IMG/VR virus record: IMGVR_UViG_3300033562_001787
Span: 1-35,376 of that record
DNA: 35,376 nucleotides
Source: a virus
Taxonomy: Duplodnaviria > Caudoviricetes
Strand: one strand, 5' to 3'
Shown: piece by piece, positions 8,113 through 16,386 of the stretch
Numbering within the stretch: the stretch's first letter is position 1
How the letters are laid out: the number at the start of each line of letters is the position of its first letter
Notes under the pieces: generated by a model
What the model saw: the letters and a program-made list of their open reading frames with translations, nothing else
Told to the model about the DNA's origin: nothing
Databases searched by the model: none
Made by a program: the position numbers and the translations under genes

Positions 8113-8942
8113 TAGTTGCTTGGTCTTAAATATAATCTATAACAATTACTTCCTAAATTATCAATATCATTTGAATGACAGAAACCTAAATTATCTTTAC
8201 CTTCTATATCATCTAACATAAAGTTAGCGTTTCCATATTCAGCGACAGTATCATTAACAAAAGCATCAATTTTCTGATCATCTTCATCTGAATTACCAGA
8301 ACTATCACCATTAATTAAAGTAGATAATGCCCATTCAGGAATAGTAAAGTCTAATAAATTATCATTTGTTTGTTCTGCATTTTGTTTTTCTTGATATCCA
8401 GTAGCATCAAAATTTTCCATTTCATCCATTTGATCCCAATCTTCATCACTAGGTTCATCTTTATAGTTTTCAATATCTTCTTTCCAACTAAGTGCTTCTT
8501 CAGTACCAATTTCTTCTAATCTTCTTAGTAATATTGGTAATTCAGATTTAGCAAAATTTAATACTAATCTATCACCTTTTTTACTAAATTGACTTTTTGT
8601 AAATCCTTCAAGATGTGAATCAATACCTACATTAATTGCTTTTGCAAATAATTTACTATCTTCACTTCCTAATGGTGTTGTTATAGGGAAAAATCCTTCA
8701 GTGTTTTGATTTTCATTAGTTGCTTCTTTTTTATTTTTAAAATAATCACTAACATATGTTTGTTTTGAACTTTTATCATTTGTAGTATTATCAAAATCTG
8801 GTTCTGTTCGATCAAAATTACTTGGTTCATTATCGTAATCAGGATTATTTTCATCACCCCATTCATTTAATTTTAGTTTGAATGTTTTATCCACTCTGGA
8901 CATCATTTCAAAAAGTCTTTGTTTTGAGTTTACGTTTTTCAT
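8112..8942 (-). CDS. Acidic multi-module protein with a shared N-terminal leader, putative internal head protein
   Basis: N-terminal SKQRLFEMM...KLNE and acidic linkers. The C-terminal IPEWALSTLINGDSSG..DED module recalls DUF6926 (tentative). Confidence 0.55.
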   Translation of the reverse strand: MKNVNSKQRLFEMMSRVDKTFKLKLNEWGDENNPDYDNEPSNFDRTEPDFDNTTNDKSSKQTYVSDYFKNKKEATNENQNTEGFFPITTPLGSEDSKLFAKAINVGIDSHLEGFTKSQFSKKGDRLVLNFAKSELPILLRRLEEIGTEEALSWKEDIENYKDEPSDEDWDQMDEMENFDATGYQEKQNAEQTNDNLLDFTIPEWALSTLINGDSSGNSDEDDQKIDAFVNDTVAEYGNANFMLDDIEGKDNLGFCHSNDIDNLGSNCYRLYLRPSN

Positions 8943-8943
8943 A

Positions 8944-9393
8944 TTAAAAAATTTCGTATATTCTAGTATTTAATTTTCCATATTCTCTTAATATAATACC
9001 TGCAAGAGAATTAGCTTCATTTTCTATATCACTTCCAGTATCACCAGAATTATTTTCTAATCTACCTTCAATATTTTGTTTATGATGTACCATTTCATGA
9101 GCAAGTGTTCTAAGTACATCACCTAAATTTCTATTTTTAATAATTACTTCAATTTTTTCTAACTCAGGATAGTAACCACCAAAAGATTTTCTTTTACTAG
9201 CTTCACCATCTTTATCTATTATAGATACTGTAGGATAATTACCATTTAATTCAATTGTTTTTCCAACAAACTCAATAAAATTATCAATAATGGAGCTTTT
9301 TTCTTCATTAGAATTATTTTCATTAAGCTTATTGATTTTATTCATCATATCGAATAAGCGTTCCTTTGATCCATAATCGTGGTTTAATTTCAT
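8944..9393 (-). CDS. Zincin-like metallopeptidase with a shared N-terminal leader
   Basis: HEXXH (TLAHEMVHHKQ) with a downstream ENEAN third-ligand motif. N-terminal SKERLFDMM...KLNE. Confidence 0.75.
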   Translation of the reverse strand: MKLNHDYGSKERLFDMMNKINKLNENNSNEEKSSIIDNFIEFVGKTIELNGNYPTVSIIDKDGEASKRKSFGGYYPELEKIEVIIKNRNLGDVLRTLAHEMVHHKQNIEGRLENNSGDTGSDIENEANSLAGIILREYGKLNTRIYEIF

Positions 9394-9394
9394 A

Positions 9395-10117
9395 TTAATA
9401 GTCTGTAAATGATTTATCTATATTACCAATATTTTTTGGTAAATCATCAAAATCAGCAATGAATGTACCATCAGATAATTTCTGTATTCCTTGTCCAAAA
9501 TCTTCAGTTTGTGTTTTATGTTCAAATGAATTATCTTGCCAAAGATCATTTAAATTATAATAATAAGGATATGATACATTTTTTTGAGCCATTAGTTTTT
9601 CACCATTTGAAGGTGCTCTAACTTCTTCAACATCAGCAGTTAATACAGACATTTTAGTATCTATACTTTTAACAAAATCATCAAGACTTTTTAACTGATC
9701 ATGAATATGTTTCATTGTTTCCAGATTATTTTTAATGATTTCGTTTTGAAGTTCATCCACATCTGGTTCTTCTGGAATCATTGGGTTAGCCATAGTAGGG
9801 TCAGTCATTGGGTCAACCATAGTAGGGTCACCCATATTAGGATCGTCCATTGGTGGTTGATTTGGATCAACTGGTGGTTGAGCATCTATTGGTGCAGCAG
9901 ATTGATTAGGATCAATTGCTGGTGCTGGTGCTGGTTCTTTAGTAGGTGCGTTAACTGGTGGTAATTCTTCATCAGCTTCAGCTATTTCCTTTGGAAAATC
10001 ATCAAATTCTTCATTTGTATCAATAACTTGATGATATTTAGGAGATTCATTTATCCTATAATTAGAACGAAACATTATTTCATTAATATGTTGATTAATA
10101 TTAATATTCTTTTTCAT
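9395..10117 (-). CDS. Acidic Pro-rich/coiled-coil protein (scaffold or internal-protein-like)
   Basis: Low-complexity DP(N/T/M) repeats, then a heptad-like helix and SYPYYYNLNDLW. Confidence 0.6.
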   Translation of the reverse strand: MKKNININQHINEIMFRSNYRINESPKYHQVIDTNEEFDDFPKEIAEADEELPPVNAPTKEPAPAPAIDPNQSAAPIDAQPPVDPNQPPMDDPNMGDPTMVDPMTDPTMANPMIPEEPDVDELQNEIIKNNLETMKHIHDQLKSLDDFVKSIDTKMSVLTADVEEVRAPSNGEKLMAQKNVSYPYYYNLNDLWQDNSFEHKTQTEDFGQGIQKLSDGTFIADFDDLPKNIGNIDKSFTDY

Positions 10118-10143
10118 ATGTGATTAGTTATTAATGAAATTAT

Positions 10144-10323
10144 TTAATATACTTCTCTAAGAAGCTGCCTTCCACTTTGATCAACAAAAATAGTATCCAA
10201 CCTTTCAACAATTAAGCCATCTCGTTCATTAAGAAGTTTTATTTTGTCTTGCTTTGCTTTAATATCTTGCTTTAGTTCTTCACCATAGAAATCATCTAAA
10301 ACATTTTCTAATTTTGTATTCAT
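10144..10323 (-). CDS. Small hypothetical protein (59 aa), not in the ORF track
   Basis: MNTKLENVLDDFYGEELKQDIKAKQDKIKLLNERDGLIVERLDTIFVDQSGRQLLREVY*. First ORF after the AGTATTTAT at 10356. Confidence 0.75.
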   Translation of the reverse strand: MNTKLENVLDDFYGEELKQDIKAKQDKIKLLNERDGLIVERLDTIFVDQSGRQLLREVY

Positions 10324-10355
10324 GATAAATATTTTTAATATTAATTTATTTTCAT

Positions 10356-10364
10356 ATAAATACT
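10356..10364 (-). promoter_or_regulatory. AGTATTTAT motif (putative late promoter)
   Basis: 32 nt upstream of the ATG at 10323. Heads the tightly packed gene run from 10323 to 5285. Confidence 0.65.
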
Positions 10365-10369
10365 TAACT

Positions 10370-11578
10370 TTATATAAAAAATAATTTATCTAACAATTTT
10401 TTATCTTTAGCAATATTATATATAAATATATCGTTAACCATTAATTCATTTTCATTATCATATTTACTACATATACTTTTAATTCTATTAAAATTCCAAG
10501 GATTGTGTCCACCAATACCACCTGTTTTAGCTTTATTTAAAGGTATCCATCCATTTTTTATGTAGTTAGATAAATATTCACCCTCTAAGATTATAGCATC
10601 TTCTACTTTAACATACTCAGTTAATTGCTTATATATTGGTGTTAGTTTAGTTTCATTGATGTATTTAGTAACAGAATCTGTTATTTTTCGTTTTCTTCCA
10701 CTATGGCGTTCTTCTAAATTAAAAGTTAAACCAACATAAACATGATTATCAGGGAATTCATACGAATATATACATCTATTTTTAATATTACCCAATAATA
10801 TCATATGTTTACAAATATCATCAATCCACTTATTTTTTAAAGCCATATTATATGCGTGTTCAGATTTACCATAAAAATCTTTTTTTGTTTTATATTTCAA
10901 AGCTTCGTCTCTGCAATTTTCAAAAATATTCCAATAATTATTTGGTAATTTTTTATAGTCCATATGACCACATATTTCATCTAACCAATTGTTATAATAT
11001 GCAGCAGAATATGCATTTTTTTCATTATTTTGAAAATCCTTTCTAAAATTATATTTAAGTGCTAAATTACTACATATTTCTTTTGTCCATTTATATTTAT
11101 TAGCATAAGGAACATCCATATGGATACAAATATCACTTAACCAATTATTTCTAATAGCAGCATTATATTCATTAGTTGATTTTTTGTAAAAATCTTTTTT
11201 ATTTTTATATTTTAAGGCTTCTTTATGGCAAATTTCTTTACTATATTTAGATGGTTTCACATATATGTCTCTTACCATATGAGAAGTTATTTCATCAAAC
11301 CACCCATTATTTTTTGATACAGTAAATGCCCAAGAATATTTTTCTTTAAATTCAGTCTTAGTATTGCATTTTAGAGCAACTTCTTTACATTTTTCATAAT
11401 CCCATTTAATTATATGTGATAAATCTTGCATATGTTTACATGCATCATCTAGCAACTTATTTTTTCTTAAAAATTCATAAGCACCCATATAAACCAATTT
11501 AAAATCTCGTTTATTTGTAAATTCTAAGGCAGCTTCAAATGATGTTTCTTTATTCCAAAAATTTTTAGACTTTCTCAT
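10370..11578 (-). CDS. Free-standing GIY-YIG endonuclease with tandem helical repeats (homing endonuclease-like)
   Basis: CIYSYEF...VYVGLT..R...LEG...LNKAKTGGIGG near the C-terminus. Five ~52-aa W..E.C...ALKY..K.DF...AY..A..N.WLD.IC.HM repeats plus a degenerate sixth. Confidence 0.8.
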   Translation of the reverse strand: MRKSKNFWNKETSFEAALEFTNKRDFKLVYMGAYEFLRKNKLLDDACKHMQDLSHIIKWDYEKCKEVALKCNTKTEFKEKYSWAFTVSKNNGWFDEITSHMVRDIYVKPSKYSKEICHKEALKYKNKKDFYKKSTNEYNAAIRNNWLSDICIHMDVPYANKYKWTKEICSNLALKYNFRKDFQNNEKNAYSAAYYNNWLDEICGHMDYKKLPNNYWNIFENCRDEALKYKTKKDFYGKSEHAYNMALKNKWIDDICKHMILLGNIKNRCIYSYEFPDNHVYVGLTFNLEERHSGRKRKITDSVTKYINETKLTPIYKQLTEYVKVEDAIILEGEYLSNYIKNGWIPLNKAKTGGIGGHNPWNFNRIKSICSKYDNENELMVNDIFIYNIAKDKKLLDKLFFI

Positions 11579-11593
11579 AATTTTTAGTTTATT

Positions 11594-11602
11594 ATAAATA
11601 CT
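11594..11602 (-). promoter_or_regulatory. AGTATTTAT motif (putative late promoter)
   Basis: 15 nt upstream of the ATG at 11578. Confidence 0.65.
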
Positions 11603-11650
11603 ATGAGATTGATAAAATTTTAATTGAATCTTATAGGTTGACGATTATTA

Positions 11651-12262
11651 TTACATACAAACAATAAATCTCTTTAAATATTTAAAATATGGAAGTTTTC
11701 TGAAATAATCAACATATATATCACCAGTGCTATCCAATATATTAGCACTTGTACCAATATTTATAGTTGTTAATAGTTGAGTAATATCGAAATTGAAAAA
11801 TTCATACATCTTTAAATTTAATCCAAAAATTTTATTATCTTTTAAAAGATAAATTATATCAGATTTATATTGGTAAGATTTATCAAAATATTTTCCAATG
11901 TAACTTAATATATCATCATTTGAGTATAATTGACACATTACAGGATCAACATCAATATATTGATAATTTGTGGTAAAATGAATTGTTGGTGCTAAATCTA
12001 TAAAAGATGATACACCATTAACATGTGAAGATTTATTTTCTTCAAATGAAGGTGTCCAAAATAATTTATTTTCTTTTATAGTACTTTTTAATATATCTAC
12101 GTTTAATAAACCACATTTCTTTAAAAACAACCAACCAACATATAATGTAGGAAGGTTGTTTTTAATATCTTTATAATCAATTAGATAGTTATAATAATTA
12201 ACGTAATCTAATTTTTTATGATTTACTAATTCCTTTTCAAATACAATATTACAATATTTCAT
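11651..12262 (-). CDS. Hypothetical phage protein (203 aa)
   Basis: Long ORF preceded by a TAnnTTTG box. No function recognised. Confidence 0.75.
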   Translation of the reverse strand: MKYCNIVFEKELVNHKKLDYVNYYNYLIDYKDIKNNLPTLYVGWLFLKKCGLLNVDILKSTIKENKLFWTPSFEENKSSHVNGVSSFIDLAPTIHFTTNYQYIDVDPVMCQLYSNDDILSYIGKYFDKSYQYKSDIIYLLKDNKIFGLNLKMYEFFNFDITQLLTTINIGTSANILDSTGDIYVDYFRKLPYFKYLKRFIVCM

Positions 12263-12280
12263 TACAATAGTTTTTATTTA

Positions 12281-12288
12281 CAAAAGTA
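12281..12288 (-). promoter_or_regulatory. Bacteroidota-type -7 box (TACTTTTG)
   Basis: TAnnTTTG match 18 nt upstream of the ATG at 12262. Confidence 0.45.
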
Positions 12289-12303
12289 TTAATAAATTTT
12301 AAA

Positions 12304-13275
12304 TTACCTATACTTTTTTTCCCAACCATCAATCATATCATCCATTAAAGTTTCAAAAGTATATTCTGGCTTCCATCCAAAGGTATTACGCATCTTAGTT
12401 GAATCACCTTTTAAGTATTTTAATTCTTCAGGACGCATAAATTTTTCATCTTGTTTAACGTATTTATAAGGGTCTAATTCAAGCTTATTAAATACATATT
12501 CAACCATTTCCCTTACTGAATGTGTTTCCATAGTAGATACTATAAATTCATCTGGAATATCATGATTTATAATCATATGCATAGCTCGTACATAGTCTTT
12601 TGAGTGACCCCAATCCCTATAACTATCCATATTACCCATAACTAGTTCATGTTCCATACCATATTTAATATCAACTGCTGTTTTTACAACCTTATTAGTT
12701 ACAAAATTAGTTCCTCTTCTTGGACTTTCGTGATTAAATAAAATACCATTAGTGGCGTGTAATTTATATGCATGTCTATAATTTTTAACAATAGAATATG
12801 CAAATAATTTTGCACAACCATATGGACTTACTGGATGCATTGCTGTATCTTCTCTTTGAAATCCATCAGCATCAATAGTATTACCAAACATTTCACTCGA
12901 ACTTGCTTGATAAAATTTAGCTTTAGGGCAAATATTCTTATATGCTTCAAGCAAGTTTAATACACCTAATGCATTTGTTTGAACAGTATATTGAGGTATA
13001 TCATAGCTTATTCTAACATGACTTTGAGCAGCCAAATTATAAATTTCATCTGGCATAATTTCTTTTAATATTTTTTCTAATGATGATTGATCACTTAAAT
13101 CACCATAAAATATATTAATTTTATCTCGAATGTGTTCAATTCTAACTTGTTGATTTTCAGCAACAGAGTTTCGTCTTATAATACCAGATACTTCATATCC
13201 TAATGTTAATAAATATTCAGCAAGATATGATCCATCTTGTCCTGAAATTCCGATTATACAGGCTTTTTTATTCAT
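12304..13275 (-). CDS. gmd: GDP-mannose 4,6-dehydratase
   Basis: GISGQDGSYLAE, YNLAAQSHV, FYQASSSEMFG, SPYGCAK, NGILFNHESPRRG.NFVT.K, RDWGH.KDYV. Confidence 0.97.
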   Translation of the reverse strand: MNKKACIIGISGQDGSYLAEYLLTLGYEVSGIIRRNSVAENQQVRIEHIRDKINIFYGDLSDQSSLEKILKEIMPDEIYNLAAQSHVRISYDIPQYTVQTNALGVLNLLEAYKNICPKAKFYQASSSEMFGNTIDADGFQREDTAMHPVSPYGCAKLFAYSIVKNYRHAYKLHATNGILFNHESPRRGTNFVTNKVVKTAVDIKYGMEHELVMGNMDSYRDWGHSKDYVRAMHMIINHDIPDEFIVSTMETHSVREMVEYVFNKLELDPYKYVKQDEKFMRPEELKYLKGDSTKMRNTFGWKPEYTFETLMDDMIDGWEKKYR

Positions 13276-13278
13276 TTT

Positions 13279-13884
13279 TTAATCCTCACAATTTTTAAAA
13301 TATTTCATTTTTGTTAAATCTGGCCAGTCTGTGACTACCCATTGTCTTGGTTTAGTGTTAATTGCAGCTTCAAGTTTATCTAATCCTAACTGTGCTGTTT
13401 CTGGTGTCATATAATAATGATAACCAACAGTATCAATATCTTGATCTCTCCAAGGTATGTTTGGTATTCTACCATCGTAAGACATTTTCTTTAATTTAAT
13501 TGCAGCATCTTTATTATCTGTTAAAATAATACCACCTTTGCCTAAACTTAAATGTTTTTGATATTGAAAACTAACGCTCATAAATGTATTAGGTACATAA
13601 CTATTTCTTTTCCATAACACAGCAGCATCAATAACATTATCAGTAAGATAATAATAATCAACCCAATCAATATCTTTCCAAAATCTATAATAACCCAATT
13701 TTTCAGCTAAAAAAGGTATTGATAAGTAAGTATGTTTTGGTATATTTATAGAATACTTACCAGTTTCACTATAAATTAGACTCAACTCAATACCATGAGT
13801 GCAAGAATCAACAGCAATAGCATAAGGAGCACCGAAAAACTCAGCTATTTTCTTTTCAAATTCGGTTACTATATTAAAGTCCAT
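13279..13884 (-). CDS. Minimal DegT/DnrJ/EryC1/StrS PLP-dependent sugar aminotransferase
   Basis: FE..IA.F.G..YAIAVDSCT, DAA (PLP Asp), SFQYQKHL..GKGG (Schiff-base Lys) and GYHYYM. Only 201 aa. Confidence 0.85.
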   Translation of the reverse strand: MDFNIVTEFEKKIAEFFGAPYAIAVDSCTHGIELSLIYSETGKYSINIPKHTYLSIPFLAEKLGYYRFWKDIDWVDYYYLTDNVIDAAVLWKRNSYVPNTFMSVSFQYQKHLSLGKGGIILTDNKDAAIKLKKMSYDGRIPNIPWRDQDIDTVGYHYYMTPETAQLGLDKLEAAINTKPRQWVVTDWPDLTKMKYFKNCED

Positions 13885-13895
13885 AGTACTATTTT

Positions 13896-14483
13896 TTAAT
13901 TTATTTTCGTAAGTTTATAATTTTCCATACCATCAAAATAAAAAACACTCTCCCAACTATAATTTTGAAATTTGGGTTTAATTGTTTCATCCAGAAAATT
14001 AACACCTGTTCTATAGTTCTCATTTATATCATCATTTTCATAATGCCATTTTTCAAAAACTATTGTCTTAATATCTATTTTTGATGTATTTATCGAATTT
14101 ACTATTTCATAATCCAATCCTTCTGTATCTATTTCCAAGTACTCTATTTCTGTGATAGAATATTCTTCGCATAATTTATCAAATGTAATTGCATCAATAT
14201 TTATAACTGAATCTAATGGAAAAGATTTTCTATTTATTAATGAAGATAAAACTGATATACCACAACTATATATAGGAAGTTTTTCATTAACTAATGAAAT
14301 CGCACAAGGACATATAACTACGTCATGAAAATTACTTATATTATTGTAGTTAGATTTTAAAGTTTCTAATAATTCAATATTTGGTTCTACTAAAATTATT
14401 CTTATCTTTTCAGATATACCACTCACCATGCTTTGGAAATTATCATTTCCAACATTTGCACCAATTTGTATATAATTTTTCAT
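13896..14483 (-). CDS. FkbM family methyltransferase
   Basis: IQIGANVG, LVEPN, LEIDTEGLDYEI. Confidence 0.88.
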   Translation of the reverse strand: MKNYIQIGANVGNDNFQSMVSGISEKIRIILVEPNIELLETLKSNYNNISNFHDVVICPCAISLVNEKLPIYSCGISVLSSLINRKSFPLDSVINIDAITFDKLCEEYSITEIEYLEIDTEGLDYEIVNSINTSKIDIKTIVFEKWHYENDDINENYRTGVNFLDETIKPKFQNYSWESVFYFDGMENYKLTKIN

Positions 14484-14495
14484 TTTTTTACAAAG

Positions 14496-15302
14496 TTAAC
14501 TTATTTTTTTTAATAATTCGTTTAATTTTCTTTCAAGAATTTGTTTATGTGATAAATAATTCATCGACCTTATATAATTATCTTCTATAGCATTTAGCTT
14601 TGATTCGTAAAAATCTGGTGTAATATTATTACATATTTTAATTATATCTTCTAACGAATTTGCTATTAAAATACCATCAATATTAAAAAAGTCTGAAATA
14701 TTTGGGCATCCATAATATATTGGAATTGTTTTAGTTTGAAAACAATCAATTATTTTCTCAGTAAACATATTTTGATATGAAGTATTTTCAATTGCTATAT
14801 GATATTGAGTATTAAACATATCATTTTTACTATCACCTAGAACTAATCTATTAGTATAATCTATTTCAGTCCATTTAAAATGATTACTTAAATAAATATA
14901 TTTAGGAATATTAATTTCATTTTGCCTATTCCATAAATTATGTCTAATATTATAACCTTCTAAAATAACATTATTTTTACCACCAATCAATGTTGATACT
15001 CCAAATTCTTTCTTTTTAAAAACAAAATCATTTATCCAAGTATTGATACATAAAAAATGTCTAGCTTTTTCATTGGTATTTAATATCTCTTGATCATACG
15101 TAAAAACATAATCATAATAATCTTTAAAAACATTTAAATGATCTCTATATTTTGCAATATTAAAAACTTCTTGTAATACTACTATTTTAATAGTATTAAT
15201 CTCTTTAAATGGTGCTGGAAATTTATCAACAAAAATTTCGATAGTTTTCTCATAATCAAAATCTGATTCAAGCTTCCAATCAACGTAAATTTTTGGTTTC
15301 AT
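14496..15302 (-). CDS. GT10 (alpha-1,3-fucosyltransferase family) glycosyltransferase
   Basis: GT10 motif YHIAIENT....FTEKIIDCF...TIPIYYG. Confidence 0.88.
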   Translation of the reverse strand: MKPKIYVDWKLESDFDYEKTIEIFVDKFPAPFKEINTIKIVVLQEVFNIAKYRDHLNVFKDYYDYVFTYDQEILNTNEKARHFLCINTWINDFVFKKKEFGVSTLIGGKNNVILEGYNIRHNLWNRQNEINIPKYIYLSNHFKWTEIDYTNRLVLGDSKNDMFNTQYHIAIENTSYQNMFTEKIIDCFQTKTIPIYYGCPNISDFFNIDGILIANSLEDIIKICNNITPDFYESKLNAIEDNYIRSMNYLSHKQILERKLNELLKKIS

Positions 15303-15813
15303 TATATCCTAAGTTTTTTGCTAATTCTAATATTTTCGAACCATCTATTACTTTAACTAAAGTAGCTGGGTTACCTTTATAAACACCCCACTCAACAGTA
15401 TCACCCATTAATAAACTACCAGCAGTTAATAAAACGCCTTTTCGTAAAGTAGAACCTGGTAATACAATTGCATTTGTACCTATATTAGAAAATTCTTCCA
15501 TGATTATTGGTTTAATTATTTGTTTTCCTTTAAATTCTTTAGGAATCATAGCACCAAATAAACCACTATCGTCAAATCTATCAGACCCACATACTATTCT
15601 AGCACCAGCCATAATATTATTAAACCCTTTAGCTGTAAATGAACCATTGTTTCCACCGATAATAGTAACATAAGGACTTATATGAACATAGTTTCCAATA
15701 ATTATATTGGTACTACAATAAAAGCCTTTATCTATTGCACAATGACTGCCAATACTACACTCTCTTTTGATAACAATATCATTATCTAAATAAATATCAA
15801 AGTTTTTTTCCAT
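15280..15813 (-). CDS. Left-handed beta-helix (hexapeptide) acyltransferase
   Basis: Hexapeptide repeats (IIIGNYVHIS, IGTNAIVLPG) and GVYKGNPA. The start is more likely the ATG at 15813 than the track start at 15837. Confidence 0.85.
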   Translation of the reverse strand: MEKNFDIYLDNDIVIKRECSIGSHCAIDKGFYCSTNIIIGNYVHISPYVTIIGGNNGSFTAKGFNNIMAGARIVCGSDRFDDSGLFGAMIPKEFKGKQIIKPIIMEEFSNIGTNAIVLPGSTLRKGVLLTAGSLLMGDTVEWGVYKGNPATLVKVIDGSKILELAKNLGYNETKNLR

Positions 15814-16384
15814 ATAAATCAATGAATTGTTTAACACTTATTAAATTAAGCCATTCAACCCTATTTTTATCGAAATTTTCCCAAGTTAAATCTTCATTTA
15901 ATACTAGTGTTTGATTATAACCTTTACTTATTATTCCACAACCATAATCTGTATCAACGACATGTATAGTATATTCATTAACTTCAGTTCTTAATTTTAC
16001 TAAAGCTTTCCAGCAATCACCTGTCCACTCACCATCTTGTTCTTGAGGATATTTTTGAATAATTTCACTATGTGGATTCATGTCATGACAAATAATATAT
16101 CCATTTTCAGATAAACAATTTAAAGAATTATCAATATCACGATATACTTGCTTGCTTGAATGTAGTCCATCTATGAATATTACATCAAATACTTCAACAT
16201 TATCTTTAAAAAATTCATCTGAAGTCATTTTTAATGTGTCATTATATTTAAAAAAAGGATCAACACCAACTTTATTTTTACATTTAATGGATTTAAAATT
16301 TCCACCCTCACCTAGACCAATTTCTAAATATGAATTTGCTTCAGATTTAGAAATTAATGTTTGAATAATTTCAGTTCTCTTCAT
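15797..16384 (-). CDS. Class I SAM-dependent methyltransferase (Methyltransf_24-like)
   Basis: YLEIG, GVDP, TSDEFF, FDVIFIDGLH, GYIICHD, WTGDCWKA. Confidence 0.88.
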   Translation of the reverse strand: MKRTEIIQTLISKSEANSYLEIGLGEGGNFKSIKCKNKVGVDPFFKYNDTLKMTSDEFFKDNVEVFDVIFIDGLHSSKQVYRDIDNSLNCLSENGYIICHDMNPHSEIIQKYPQEQDGEWTGDCWKALVKLRTEVNEYTIHVVDTDYGCGIISKGYNQTLVLNEDLTWENFDKNRVEWLNLISVKQFIDLYGKKL

Positions 16385-16386
16385 AA

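Noticed and set aside
11601-11636. Imperfect inverted repeat CTATGAGATT/AATCTTATAG as a terminator
   Set aside because: On the transcribed minus strand it has a C-A mismatch, a 16-nt loop and no clean U-tract, so support is weak.
13279-13884. ColD-type dehydrase (colitose pathway)
   Set aside because: The active-site Lys is retained (SFQYQK) where ColD has His, and no ColC/Fcl-like reductase is in the window.
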